From the NCBI GenBank assembly GCA_035538515.1, contig DATLKF010000024.1, positions 6,597 to 70,596 on the forward strand: a DNA stretch of 64,000 nt, written 5' to 3'. Shown here piece after piece: positions 9,826 to 18,486 of this stretch. The notes under the pieces are model-generated. The model saw only the letters and a list, made by a program, of their open reading frames with translations, was not told the DNA's origin and searched no databases. This DNA is from Gemmatimonadales bacterium (lineage in GTDB: Bacteria; Gemmatimonadota; Gemmatimonadetes; Gemmatimonadales; GWC2-71-9). The position numbers and the translations under genes are program-made. Numbering within the stretch: the first letter of the stretch is position 1; each line of letters opens with the position of its first letter.

Positions 9826-10229
9826 CGGCTCTCCCACCCCCGTGCGTCGGCCCGATATCCGATGGCGGCGGCGGCGGCCGCACGTCCGTAATAGCCCATC
9901 AGCGCAAGCGTGCGCACGCCCCACACGCCGCGGCGCAGGAGCAGCACGGGAGCCGCCTGCAGGCGTTCGAGCACTCGTGTGCGGCGCGCGATGTCGAGCT
10001 TGGACAGTCGCCGGCCGTAGCGGAGCAGGGGGAGCCATTCGAGAAGTTGCAACAGAGCCGCGAGCTGCCGCCGCAGGTGAGGCGGGCGCGCAGCCACCGC
10101 GCGGGCCACGATCGCTTCCAGCTCGTCCCACTCACCGACCGCGAGCCGTGCGGCCTCCGGGACGACCGTCGTGGCGATGGCGTGGAATACGCGTTGCGCG
10201 CGCCGCGGCAGGCGCGCCGGAACACTCAT
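9822..10229 (-). CDS. small subunit partner of GMC oxidoreductase (gluconate 2-dehydrogenase subunit 3-like)
   Basis: A 135-aa ORF translationally coupled to the GMC gene. Its size and position are typical of the accessory subunit. The assignment rests on context and weak sequence recollection. Confidence 0.55.
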   Translation of the reverse strand: MSVPARLPRRAQRVFHAIATTVVPEAARLAVGEWDELEAIVARAVAARPPHLRRQLAALLQLLEWLPLLRYGRRLSKLDIARRTRVLERLQAAPVLLLRRGVWGVRTLALMGYYGRAAAAAAIGYRADARGWESR

Positions 10230-10282
10230 GCGGAAAACCTAGGTCTCGCGCCCCGTGCGAGCAACACGTGGCGGAGAGCTAG

Positions 10283-10304
10283 GTCGAGGCCGGCCGACCT
10301 CGAC
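10283..10304 (-). terminator. possible hairpin terminator after dinB-like gene
   Basis: GTCGAGG (10283-10289) pairs with CCTCGAC (10298-10304) around a GC-rich loop. It overlaps the DinB stop codon. There is no clear U-tract. Confidence 0.3.
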
Positions 10305-10789
10305 TACATCCAGGGCTCGTCAGCGGATGGCCCGTAAATCGAGGGAACCTTGCCGTCTGCCATTCGGAGATACACCGACATCTGGCCGCGGTGGTGCACG
10401 CTGTCCATCAGCATGAACCAGAGCACGTCCAGCTTGCGGACGTCGCCCATCTGCTTTGGTGCGACGAAGAACTTCACCGTCTTGTTCAGTTCGGCGTCCG
10501 GGGTCTGCTTGATGCGCTCGACGAACTTCCGGTGGCTCGTCTCATAGGTCGCGATGACCTCTTGGAGCGAGCCCGGCGGTTGCGGGATCTTCGCGAGATC
10601 CATGGCGCCGTCGAGCGCCTGCTCGGCGCCTTTCTGTTCGAACACAAACATCCAGGCGAGGTCCTTCGCCGCCTTGCATTTGACATGCGGCTTCAGGTCG
10701 GCTTTGGTGGTCGGAAACGCCTTGAGGACCTTCATCGTTGTCGCGAACTCACGCTCCAGCGTGTTTAAGAACTGCTCTTTCTCGGTCAT
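10304..10789 (-). CDS. DinB family protein
   Basis: This is the internal ATG (MTEKEQFLNTLE...) of ORF 10304..11377. A four-helix DinB-like sequence with DSVHHRGQ is present. The upstream part of the ORF belongs to other genes in another frame. Confidence 0.85.
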   Translation of the reverse strand: MTEKEQFLNTLEREFATTMKVLKAFPTTKADLKPHVKCKAAKDLAWMFVFEQKGAEQALDGAMDLAKIPQPPGSLQEVIATYETSHRKFVERIKQTPDAELNKTVKFFVAPKQMGDVRKLDVLWFMLMDSVHHRGQMSVYLRMADGKVPSIYGPSADEPWM

Positions 10790-10803
10790 GGCTCGGGCTC
10801 CTG

Positions 10804-11277
10804 TCAATGCGTTTGGACGACTTGCGCGAGCTTCTCGAAGCACCCGGTCCAGCCGTGCTCGTGGGCCTGCCTCGATGCTTCGTTGGGCAGCAGCTCGTGG
10901 GTGAGCACGAGCTCGGTCTTCGCGCCGCGGCCGCGGAACTCGACGGTGACGAGCATCTCGGGTGCATCGGGCTCGTGCTCCCACTGCCACGTGTACACGA
11001 GCTTCTTCGGGGGCTCCACCACTCGATAGACGCCGCTGAGGCGATGTAGCGCCCCGTCGGGCGCCCGCATGTGGATGCGGTACCTGCCGCCGGCTCGCAG
11101 GTCGACCTCGGCGAGCGGGGTGGTCATGTCGCCCGGCGCCTTCCAACGTTTCATCTCCGCCGGCGTCGTCCACGCCCGGAAGACGCGCTCGGGCGGCGCG
11201 GCGAACGTGCGTTGGAGCCGGAGGGTGATGGGAGTAGGGGCGGTGGTGGAGCCGCGCTGCCGCTCTCGAGTGGCCAT
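10804..11277 (-). CDS. SRPBCC (Aha1/START-like) domain protein
   Basis: The opening ITLRLQRTFAAPPERVFRAWT... is typical of the Aha1-like SRPBCC family. It is paired with an upstream ArsR regulator. Confidence 0.85.
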   Translation of the reverse strand: MATRERQRGSTTAPTPITLRLQRTFAAPPERVFRAWTTPAEMKRWKAPGDMTTPLAEVDLRAGGRYRIHMRAPDGALHRLSGVYRVVEPPKKLVYTWQWEHEPDAPEMLVTVEFRGRGAKTELVLTHELLPNEASRQAHEHGWTGCFEKLAQVVQTH

Positions 11278-11621
11278 GCGGGTGTCTCCTCCTGATCCGG
11301 CTGTGCAAGGTAGGCTGCCAGGGCGTCGAACTGCGTCTCCCAGAATCGGCGGTACCGCTCGATCCAGCGGGCCGCATTCTTCATCGGTCGCGCGACCAGT
11401 CGGCAGCGCCGGACGCGACCATGCTTGGCATGTGTCACGAGACCGGCGCGCTCGAGCACCGCCAGGTGCTTGTGGACGCCGGGAAGCGAGATGGCGAAGG
11501 GGCGCGCGAGCTCGCTGACCGACGCGTCGCGTGCGGCCAGCCGTGCGAGCATCGCGCGGCGCGTGGGATCGGCGAGCGCCCGGAAGGTGGCGTCGAGCGC
11601 GGAGCTTCTATACTTAACCAT
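11151..11621 (-). CDS. ArsR/SmtB family transcriptional regulator (3' end runs 127 nt into the next gene)
   Basis: The start is MVKYRSSALDATFRALADPTRRAML. The wHTH is ELARPFAISLPGVHKHLAVLERAGLV. After AAYLAQPDQEET there is no stop codon until 11151, so the tail overlaps the SRPBCC start at 11277. Confidence 0.75.
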   Translation of the reverse strand: MVKYRSSALDATFRALADPTRRAMLARLAARDASVSELARPFAISLPGVHKHLAVLERAGLVTHAKHGRVRRCRLVARPMKNAARWIERYRRFWETQFDALAAYLAQPDQEETPAWPLESGSAAPPPPLLPSPSGSNARSPRRPSASSGRGRRRRR

Positions 11622-11630
11622 GTGGTTAAG
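11613..11630. promoter_or_regulatory. inverted repeat CTTAACCA-TG-TGGTTAAG spanning the arsR start codon (candidate ArsR operator)
   Basis: Perfect 8-bp arms with a 2-bp spacer. It is AT-rich in a GC-rich context, in the 30-bp gap between the divergent arsR and GGDEF genes. Confidence 0.45.
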
Positions 11631-11650
11631 CGTACGAGACCGCGCTGACC

Positions 11651-12589
11651 GTGTCAAGCCACCCGGCACGACCCGCGTTATCTTCCAGGCGACCGCGCTC
11701 CGAGGGCCGTATCGACCGTCTTTCCGCTCACCGCCTCGATGCCTGGCTCCGCGACCGCCCGCCGGGCGCGCTGCTCGTGGCTGGCTTGGTCCTGGTGGCG
11801 GGCGTCGGTTACCTCGATTTCGCCACGGGTCCCGACCTCGCGCCGCTGGCCTTCTACCTCGTGCCGCTCGCGCTCGTAGCCTGGTACGGCGGTCGCGGCC
11901 CCGGCGCCATCGTCGCCTGTGCGTGCGGCGTGGCGTGGCTGCTCTCGGACGCGCTCACCCACGGGGACTACGCCCACTGGTCGCTGCCCTACTGGAACGG
12001 CGCCCTGCGGCTCGGGGCCCTGCTCTTCGTGTCCGAGGTCGTGGCCCGGCTGCACGCGGCGCGAGTGCGGGAGCAGCAGATGGCGCGGATCGACGCGCGT
12101 ACCGGCGTCGCTAACCTGCGCACGTTTTACGAGCGCGCCGCGGCGGAAATCTCCCGCGCCCAGCGCTATCCGCATCCGTTCTCCGTGGCGTGCGTGGACC
12201 TCGACGAGTTCCAGTTCGTGAACCGCCAACTGGGGCACGCGGCCGGCGACGCGGTGCTGCGCTCGGTGGCCCGCGCCCTGACCGGCGTGCTGCGCGTGAC
12301 CGATGTGGTCGCCACCATGGGTGGGGACCAGTTCGTGGTGCTGCTGCCGGAGGCGGGCGCGGCGCCGGCGCGGCTCGCGGTGGAGAAGCTGCGGCAGGCG
12401 CTCGGCGACATCGCGCCGGCGCACGGGTGGCGCCTCACGGCCGGCATCGGCGTCGCCACATTCCTTGTGCCGCCTGAATCGGTGGACACGCTGCTCGCCA
12501 CCGCCGACCGGCTCATGTACCAGGCCAAGCAAAGCGGCAGAGACGCGGTGGCGCACGAAACCCAGAACGACGGACCGGGCCGGCGCTGA
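11651..12589 (+). CDS. membrane-anchored GGDEF-domain protein with GGDQF active-site variant
   Basis: The N-terminus has hydrophobic helices. The GGDEF domain includes [18 protein letters not shown]. An RVTD I-site lies 5 residues before GGDQF (12320-12334). The start (GTG at 11651) is uncertain. Confidence 0.8.
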   Translation: MSSHPARPALSSRRPRSEGRIDRLSAHRLDAWLRDRPPGALLVAGLVLVAGVGYLDFATGPDLAPLAFYLVPLALVAWYGGRGPGAIVACACGVAWLLSDALTHGDYAHWSLPYWNGALRLGALLFVSEVVARLHAARVREQQMARIDARTGVANLRTFYERAAAEISRAQRYPHPFSVACVDLDEFQFVNRQLGHAAGDAVLRSVARALTGVLRVTDVVATMGGDQFVVLLPEAGAAPARLAVEKLRQALGDIAPAHGWRLTAGIGVATFLVPPESVDTLLATADRLMYQAKQSGRDAVAHETQNDGPGRR

Positions 12590-12618
12590 CCTTACAGGGG
12601 CAGGGAGGGGAGCGACTC

Positions 12619-13014
12619 ATGCCGCGGCAAAACATCTCGAGCGGGGCGCCCTGGGAGCCGGTGGTGGGCTACTCTCGTGCCGTCCGCGTCGGCGCGGTCG
12701 TGCACGTCGCGGGCACCACCGCCACCGGACCGGACGGCGGCATCGTGGGAATCGGCGATGCCTACGCCCAGGCCGTCCAGGCGCTGCGGAATATCGAGCG
12801 GGCGCTCGCCCAGGCCGGTGCATCGCTCGCCGATGTGGTTCGGACGCGCATGTTCGTGACCAACATCGACGACTGGGAGCGCGTCGGCCGCGCGCACGGC
12901 GAGGTGTTCCGCGATATCCGGCCGGCCAGCACGCTCGTAGCCGTGAGCCGGCTGGTGGCTCCCGAGCTGCTCGTCGAGATCGAGGCCGAAGCGATAGTCG
13001 AACGCGCCTTGTAG
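12619..13014 (+). CDS. RidA/YjgF family reactive-intermediate deaminase
   Basis: A 131-aa protein with RidA-type sequence: [14 protein letters not shown]...[10 protein letters not shown]...VRTRMFV...EIEAEAIV. Confidence 0.9.
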   Translation: MPRQNISSGAPWEPVVGYSRAVRVGAVVHVAGTTATGPDGGIVGIGDAYAQAVQALRNIERALAQAGASLADVVRTRMFVTNIDDWERVGRAHGEVFRDIRPASTLVAVSRLVAPELLVEIEAEAIVERAL

Positions 13015-13036
13015 ATTGAACGTGGAGGTGTGACCC

Positions 13037-13495
13037 TTGGCGCTCACGGAGACGAGTAAGCGCGCGACGGTCGCGTGCCCCTTCTGTGCGACGGTGAATC
13101 GGGTGGACCTCGCGCGGATCGCGGACCGTCCCAGATGCGGGAACTGTAAGCGCCCGATCCTGCTCGATCGCCCGATCGCCGTGACCGATGACACGTTCGA
13201 TCGGGTGGTGGCCGGTACGGACGTGCCGGTCGTGGTCGACTGCTACGCCGATTGGTGCGGCCCCTGCAAGATCATGGCCCCCGTGCTCGACGACTTCGCG
13301 CGCGAGCGACAGGGCGACGTGCTGGTCACGAAACTCGATACGGACCGCAACCAGGCGACCGCACGCCGGCTCGACATCCGCGCGATCCCCACCCTCCTGG
13401 CGTTCCGAAACGGTCGAGAAGTGGGCCGGCAAGCGGGCGTCTTGCCGCGCCAGCAGCTGGATGCCTTCGTCGGATTTTCCACCAGCCGGCCGTGA
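13037..13495 (+). CDS. trxC: thioredoxin 2 type (N-terminal zinc-finger + WCGPC)
   Basis: It has CPFC...CGNC zinc-ribbon cysteines and a WCGPCK active site. The TTG start lies 8 nt after GGAGG. Confidence 0.9.
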   Translation: MALTETSKRATVACPFCATVNRVDLARIADRPRCGNCKRPILLDRPIAVTDDTFDRVVAGTDVPVVVDCYADWCGPCKIMAPVLDDFARERQGDVLVTKLDTDRNQATARRLDIRAIPTLLAFRNGREVGRQAGVLPRQQLDAFVGFSTSRP

Positions 13496-13968
13496 CCGTC
13501 TCGGGCCTACCCGCGCCGTACGAGCCTCGCGACGAACCGGAGATCGCGCCTGCCGGCGTCTCGCCGCACTCACGGGCTGTCGCCTTGGGGCTAGCCGTGG
13601 TCGGCGGCGTATTCGGCCTGCATCGCTTTTACACGGGGCGCGTGCACAGCGGAATCTGTATGTGCGCTTCGCTCGGGGGCCTGGGGATCTGGTACCTCTA
13701 CGATGTCGTCGTGATCGCGGTGGGCGAATTCCGGGACAGCGATGGGCGGCCTCTGACGCGCTGGGAAGTGGCCGACCCCACCGCGCTCGCCGCAGCGGAG
13801 CGGGGGCGTGGGAAAGGCACCGCAGGGACGGCGGCCCGCCGTATGGAGGACATCGAGGACCGGATGCTCTCGCTCGAAACCCAGGTCAGTGAGCTCGCGG
13901 AACGGCTCGACTTCGCAGAGCGGGTGCTCGCGCAGGCTCGGGAGCGGGGAACGTTGCCGAAGAGCTGA
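13492..13968 (+). CDS. TM2 domain-containing membrane protein
   Basis: The GTG at 13492 forms a GTGA overlap with the trxC stop. The TM2 signature is GGVFGLHRFYTGR...GGLGIWYLYDVV. There is a C-terminal coiled segment. Confidence 0.75.
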   Translation: MTVSGLPAPYEPRDEPEIAPAGVSPHSRAVALGLAVVGGVFGLHRFYTGRVHSGICMCASLGGLGIWYLYDVVVIAVGEFRDSDGRPLTRWEVADPTALAAAERGRGKGTAGTAARRMEDIEDRMLSLETQVSELAERLDFAERVLAQARERGTLPKS

Positions 13969-13971
13969 GAG

Positions 13972-14032
13972 TCGTCAGTCATCGGTTATCAGTCGTCAGT
14001 TTGGCTGACGACTGACCACTGACGACTGACGA
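13972..14032. repeat. mirror array A: 4 x 7-nt units (TCNTCAG) + TTTGG + 4 x 7-nt inverted units (CTGACNA)
   Basis: Read directly: TCGTCAG TCATCGG TTATCAG TCGTCAG | TTTGG | CTGACGA CTGACCA CTGACGA CTGACGA. It is exactly symmetric about 14002. The outer and inner unit pairs are perfectly complementary. It lies between the TM2 gene and pntAA. Confidence 0.9.
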
Positions 14033-14061
14033 GCAGGCCACCAACAATCATTCGAGGGTTC

Positions 14062-15168
14062 ATGCGGATCGGGGTCCCGAAGGAGACCGCGCTCAACGAG
14101 CGTCGTGTGGCGCTCACGCCGGAGATCGCCGGCCGGCTGGTGAAGTCCGGACTGGCGGTCCTCGTGCAGCGCGGCGCGGGTGAGGCCGCCTCGTTCGGCG
14201 ACGCGGCGTACGGCGCGGCTGGGGCGACCGTCGTCGCGGCGGCCGCGGCCTTATTCGGGCAGAGCGACGTCGTCCTCAAGGTGCAGCTGCCTTCGAGCGA
14301 GGAGGTGCGCCTGTACCGCGAGGGGACGGCGTTGGTGGCCCTTTTCCAGCCCTCGGCCGAGCGGGAAATCGTCGCGCAGCTCGCCCGGCGCAAGGTGACG
14401 GCGTTCAGCCTCGCCTTGCTTCCCCGCATCACCCGCGCGCAGGCGATGGACGTGCTGTCGTCGCAGGCGACGGTGGCGGGATACAAGGCCGTGCTCCTCG
14501 CCGCCGCCCGCACCGGCCGGGTGTTCCCGATGCTCGTCACCGCGGCCGGCACGCTCACCCCGGCCCGCGTCCTGGTGCTGGGCGCCGGCGTGGCGGGGCT
14601 GCAGGCGATCGCGACGGCGCGCCGCTTGGGCGCGATCGTCTCCGCGTTCGACGTGCGACCCGCCGTGAAGGAGCAGGTGGAAAGCTTGGGCGCGCGGTTC
14701 CTCGAACTGCAAATCGGCGAGCAGGCCGAGGGCGCGGGCGGCTACGCCAAGCAGCTGTCGGACGAAACCCACCGACGCGAGCTCGAGTTCATCGCGCAGC
14801 ACGTGAAGGACGCCGACATCGTGATCACCACGGCGGCGATCCCCGGCAAGCGCGCGCCGATCCTGATCACGGCGGAGGCGGCCGGCGCCATGAGGCCCGG
14901 CTCCGTGATCGTCGACATGGCCATCGAGACCGGCGGCAACTGTGAGCTCACCCAGGCCGGGACCGAGGTCATCCACAACGGTGTGATCATCCTCGGCCCA
15001 CTCAACCTGCCGAGCACGGTTGCGGTGCACGCGAGCCAGATGTATGCGAGAAACGTCGCAAGTTTCATGTCACAAATCGTACGGGACGGCAAGCTCGTGG
15101 TCGATTTTGGCGACGAGATCGTTCGGGACACCTGCGTCACCCACGCCGGGGAGGTACGGAAGTCATGA
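14062..15168 (+). CDS. pntAA: NAD(P) transhydrogenase subunit alpha part 1
   Basis: MRIGVPKETALNERRVALTPE..., a Rossmann motif VLVLGAGVAGLQA, and conserved operon order. Confidence 0.93.
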   Translation: MRIGVPKETALNERRVALTPEIAGRLVKSGLAVLVQRGAGEAASFGDAAYGAAGATVVAAAAALFGQSDVVLKVQLPSSEEVRLYREGTALVALFQPSAEREIVAQLARRKVTAFSLALLPRITRAQAMDVLSSQATVAGYKAVLLAAARTGRVFPMLVTAAGTLTPARVLVLGAGVAGLQAIATARRLGAIVSAFDVRPAVKEQVESLGARFLELQIGEQAEGAGGYAKQLSDETHRRELEFIAQHVKDADIVITTAAIPGKRAPILITAEAAGAMRPGSVIVDMAIETGGNCELTQAGTEVIHNGVIILGPLNLPSTVAVHASQMYARNVASFMSQIVRDGKLVVDFGDEIVRDTCVTHAGEVRKS

Positions 15169-15443
15169 TCGACTACTGGTCCATGCTGTTCGTCTTCGTC
15201 TTGGCGACGTTCGTCGGGCTAGGGGTGATTCGCCGCGTCTCGCGCCTGCTCTACACGCCGCTCATGTCGCTCACCAACGCGATCTCGGCCATCGCCGTCG
15301 TCGGATCGCTCGTGGTCACGGGGGCCGATTATCCGGGGACGATCCGCATCCTGGGTGGCATTGCCCTGTTCGCGTCCATGACGAACATCGTCAGTGGGTT
15401 TCTGATCACGGACCGCATGCTGAAGATGTTCAAGAAGCAATGA
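15165..15443 (+). CDS. pntAB: NAD(P) transhydrogenase subunit alpha part 2 (membrane)
   Basis: A 92-aa hydrophobic protein with ATGA coupling at both ends. Confidence 0.9.
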   Translation: MIDYWSMLFVFVLATFVGLGVIRRVSRLLYTPLMSLTNAISAIAVVGSLVVTGADYPGTIRILGGIALFASMTNIVSGFLITDRMLKMFKKQ

Positions 15444-16849
15444 TCCAGGGGATCGCGCAGCTCGCCGCCATCGTGGCGACGGCGCTGTTTATCTTCGCGC
15501 TCCACTGGATGAACGCCCCGGAAACGGCGCGCCGCGGCGTCGTGGCCGGCGTGGTCGGCATGCTGGTGGCGGTACTCGCCACGTGGATCCAGCCCGAGAT
15601 CGTCCACCACGGCTGGATCGTGGTGGCGATCGTCGCCGGGTTCATCGTCGGCGTCCCGCTGTCGCGCGTGCCGCTTACCGCGGTGCCGCAGCGGACCGCG
15701 TTGTCGCACGCGTTCGGCGGCCTGGCGGCCGGCCTGGTGGGCACCGCGGAATATTTCCTGGGACTGCAGGAGCACCCTGCGGAGCTGACCGCGTTCCGGA
15801 TGAGCGCCATGGTCGCCGAGGTGATCCTCGGCTTCCTGACGTTCACGGGCAGCCTCATGGCCACCGGCAAGCTGCAGGAGGTGAAGTGGATCCCCCAGCG
15901 GCCGGTCACCTATCCCGGGCAAAACGTCCTCAACATCGGCGTCCTGGTCGCCGCCGTCGTGTTGGGCGTGCTCGTGGCGATGCATCCGGCCGAAGCGTGG
16001 TCGGCACGGGCCTTTCTCGCGATCGCCGGCCTCGCGCTGTTGTTCGGCGTGCTGCTCATCATTCCGATCGGTGGCGCCGACATGCCGACGGTCATCTCCA
16101 TCCTGAACTCCTACGCGGGGCTCTCGGCGGTGGCGATGGGCTTCGTGCTCGGCAACCGGCTGCTCGTCACGGCGGGTGCGCTCGATGGGTCGAGCGGCTT
16201 GATCCTCTCGATCATCATGTGCCGGGCGATGAATCGCTCGTTCACCAACGTGCTGTTCGGCGCGTTCGGTACGGTGAAAGCGGTGCAGGCGGGGGGGGAG
16301 CAGAAGGCGTGGAAGCAGGAGACCATCGAGGGCGCAGCGCAGCTGCTCGAGCAGGCGAGCCTCGTGGTGATCATTCCCGGCTACGGCATGGCCGTGGCCC
16401 AGGCGCAGCACAAGGTCCGTGAGCTGTACGACCAGCTGACCAAGCGCGGGATCACGGTCAAGTTCGCCATTCACCCCGTCGCTGGCCGCATGCCGGGTCA
16501 CATGAACGTATTGCTCGCCGAGGCGAATATTCCGTACACGGCGCTGGCCGAGATGGAGGAGATCAATCCTGACATGCCGCAGTGCGACGTGGCGCTCGTG
16601 ATCGGCGCCAACGACGTCGTAAACCCAGCGGCTCGGTACGCGAAGAACAGCCCGATCTATGGCATGCCGATCATCGACGCCGACAAGGCGCGGACGGTGC
16701 TCGCCATCAAGCGGAGCAAGAATCCCGGCTTCGCCGGGATCGACAACGAGCTGTACGTGCAGGACAACACTTGGATGCTGTTCGGCGACGCCAAGGCGGT
16801 CGTGGGCGACCTAGTGAAGCAGCTCGCGGGCGGCAGCGGCTTGCACTAG
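15440..16849 (+). CDS. pntB: NAD(P) transhydrogenase subunit beta
   Basis: This is the internal ATG (MIQGIAQLAAIV...) of ORF 15020..16849. The membrane domain is followed by an NADP(H) domain (IIPGYGMAVAQAQ, VIGANDVVNPAA). Confidence 0.93.
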   Translation: MIQGIAQLAAIVATALFIFALHWMNAPETARRGVVAGVVGMLVAVLATWIQPEIVHHGWIVVAIVAGFIVGVPLSRVPLTAVPQRTALSHAFGGLAAGLVGTAEYFLGLQEHPAELTAFRMSAMVAEVILGFLTFTGSLMATGKLQEVKWIPQRPVTYPGQNVLNIGVLVAAVVLGVLVAMHPAEAWSARAFLAIAGLALLFGVLLIIPIGGADMPTVISILNSYAGLSAVAMGFVLGNRLLVTAGALDGSSGLILSIIMCRAMNRSFTNVLFGAFGTVKAVQAGGEQKAWKQETIEGAAQLLEQASLVVIIPGYGMAVAQAQHKVRELYDQLTKRGITVKFAIHPVAGRMPGHMNVLLAEANIPYTALAEMEEINPDMPQCDVALVIGANDVVNPAARYAKNSPIYGMPIIDADKARTVLAIKRSKNPGFAGIDNELYVQDNTWMLFGDAKAVVGDLVKQLAGGSGLH

Positions 16850-17920
16850 GGCTCCGCTGTAAGCCCGGCCCATTCGCTCCATCGAGAACGCCTCCACAGC
16901 GCGTTGCCGCGCGGCCGTGCCGTGCGGCGCCGCCCGCTCGGGATGCGCGAGTACGTCGCGGACCGCGCGTGCGAACGCCGCCTGATCGTCTGGGGGCGTC
17001 AGGATCCCACCCTCTCCCACGACCTCGGGGAGCGCACCGGCCGCGACCGTGACGACTGGCCGGCCGCACGCCATTGCTTCAGCCACGGTCAGCCCGAACG
17101 TCTCGACCTCGCAAGCATGGACGAAGCAGGTCGCGGCGTTGTACGCCCCGGCGAGCTCCTTGGCGTCCAAGACGTCGAGCAGGCGGACTGCCATGCCCAG
17201 CCGCACGGCCCGCGCGCGGATTGCATCCGCGAGCGAGCCGCTCCCGCGGATCATGAGGAGAGGGCCGTCGGGCCCGAGGCGAGCGAGCGCGTCGAGCATC
17301 CATTCGTATCGCTTCTCCCACTCGAGCGCACCCACCGCGAGCAGAAACGGCCGGTCCCCCAGCCCGTGCTGGGCGCGAAAGGCGCGCCCCGCCTCGGGAT
17401 CGGGCCGGAAGATATCGACGTCCACCCCCTCGTAGATCGCGCAATGCGGGGGCCGTCCCATGAACGGAGCGGCCCGCAGGACGGCGCGCTCGCCCGAGTG
17501 GGTGCGGAAGATCGTGAGTCGGACCCGGCGATACGCCAGACGCATGATGGGATCGCGGGGCGGCAGCGCCCGGTTGACGTTGTACGAGTACACCAACGTG
17601 AAGCGTCCCCTGAGCGAGGCCAGGGCCCCCAGGCGGACGTCGCGCGGCATCTCCGCCACCAGCACGTCGCTGCGGAGCGTCTCCAACGCCCGGCCCAGGA
17701 TCCGCGCTTCGGCGAAGCCGGTGTCGTGGATGGGCAGCTCCTCCACCGGGAGCCCGGTGGTCGCGAATCCCGCTGTCACAGGGGGAACGGTCGAGAGCAG
17801 GTGCACGGCGTGCCCGTTCGCCGCCAGGCCGAGTGCGATGTGCGACAGACTGACGCCGGACCCACGCCACTCGCGCGCCGACGTCATCAAGGCGACGCGG
17901 AGCGGTCGCGCTGGCGGCAT
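16811..17920 (-). CDS. glycosyltransferase family 4 (GT-B)
   Basis: The C-terminal motif is ETFGLTVAEAMACGRPVV. The 3' end overlaps the convergent pntB by 39 nt. Confidence 0.85.
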   Translation of the reverse strand: MPPARPLRVALMTSAREWRGSGVSLSHIALGLAANGHAVHLLSTVPPVTAGFATTGLPVEELPIHDTGFAEARILGRALETLRSDVLVAEMPRDVRLGALASLRGRFTLVYSYNVNRALPPRDPIMRLAYRRVRLTIFRTHSGERAVLRAAPFMGRPPHCAIYEGVDVDIFRPDPEAGRAFRAQHGLGDRPFLLAVGALEWEKRYEWMLDALARLGPDGPLLMIRGSGSLADAIRARAVRLGMAVRLLDVLDAKELAGAYNAATCFVHACEVETFGLTVAEAMACGRPVVTVAAGALPEVVGEGGILTPPDDQAAFARAVRDVLAHPERAAPHGTAARQRAVEAFSMERMGRAYSGALVQAAAARELLH

Positions 17921-17921
17921 C

Positions 17922-18383
17922 CTACTCCTGAATGATCGTGATCTTGAAGCCGTCGGGGTCGGACAGGGCGAACGCCCAATCGCCCCACGGCGTCTCGGAC
18001 GGCTCGCGGTCGAGCGGCCACCCGGCCGCTTTCACCCGGGCGGCGAGCGCGGTGATGTCCTGGATCGTAGCCGCCCAGAGGCGGAAGCCCTCTCCCTTCG
18101 CGCGGTCCCGGCCCTTCGCGAAATCGTCCTGACTGAGCATGATGTCGCAAGCCCCGGCCTTCATCTGGATGCCGCGGACTTTCGCTCCCTCGGCCCAGCG
18201 CTCACCCACCGTGAAGCCCATGACGTCGCGATACCAGGCGATGCTCTTCTCCAGGTCGTTGACGGTGAACGACCCCGCGATGGAGCGCAGCCGCAGCGAC
18301 TCGGGCTGTTGCCGTTGGGGGCGGGGGACGCGAGGCGTCGGTGATTTCCGCGTGGAACGCCCAGCCGGTTTCTTGGTGGCCAT
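17922..18383 (-). CDS. VOC/glyoxalase family protein with basic N-terminal tail
   Basis: The glyoxalase-fold sequence is FTVNDLEKSIAWYRDVMGF...DPDGFKITI. Confidence 0.8.
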   Translation of the reverse strand: MATKKPAGRSTRKSPTPRVPRPQRQQPESLRLRSIAGSFTVNDLEKSIAWYRDVMGFTVGERWAEGAKVRGIQMKAGACDIMLSQDDFAKGRDRAKGEGFRLWAATIQDITALAARVKAAGWPLDREPSETPWGDWAFALSDPDGFKITIIQE

Positions 18384-18410
18384 CGTCCGTTTTTCCTCTC
18401 AGTGTCGGAC

Positions 18411-18436
18411 AGCGTGCGTCCCAAGCGTAGCGTCCC
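18411..18436. repeat. 13-nt tandem direct repeat in divergent VOC/osmC promoter region
   Basis: AGCGTGCGTCCCA (18411-18423) is followed by AGCGTAGCGTCCC (18424-18436), matching at 12 of 13 positions. Confidence 0.6.
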
Positions 18437-18486
18437 CGGCGCCCTTCCGCCAGATTTCCGCATCCCACTTCAGCGGAGTCGACACG

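Noticed and set aside
16811-16849. Convergent coding overlaps: pntB/GT4 (39 nt) and FHA-protease/hybrid kinase at 42181-42207 (27 nt).
   Set aside because: These are probably genuine, but they are unremarkable in a stop-codon-poor genome. No frameshift or pseudogene signature was seen.
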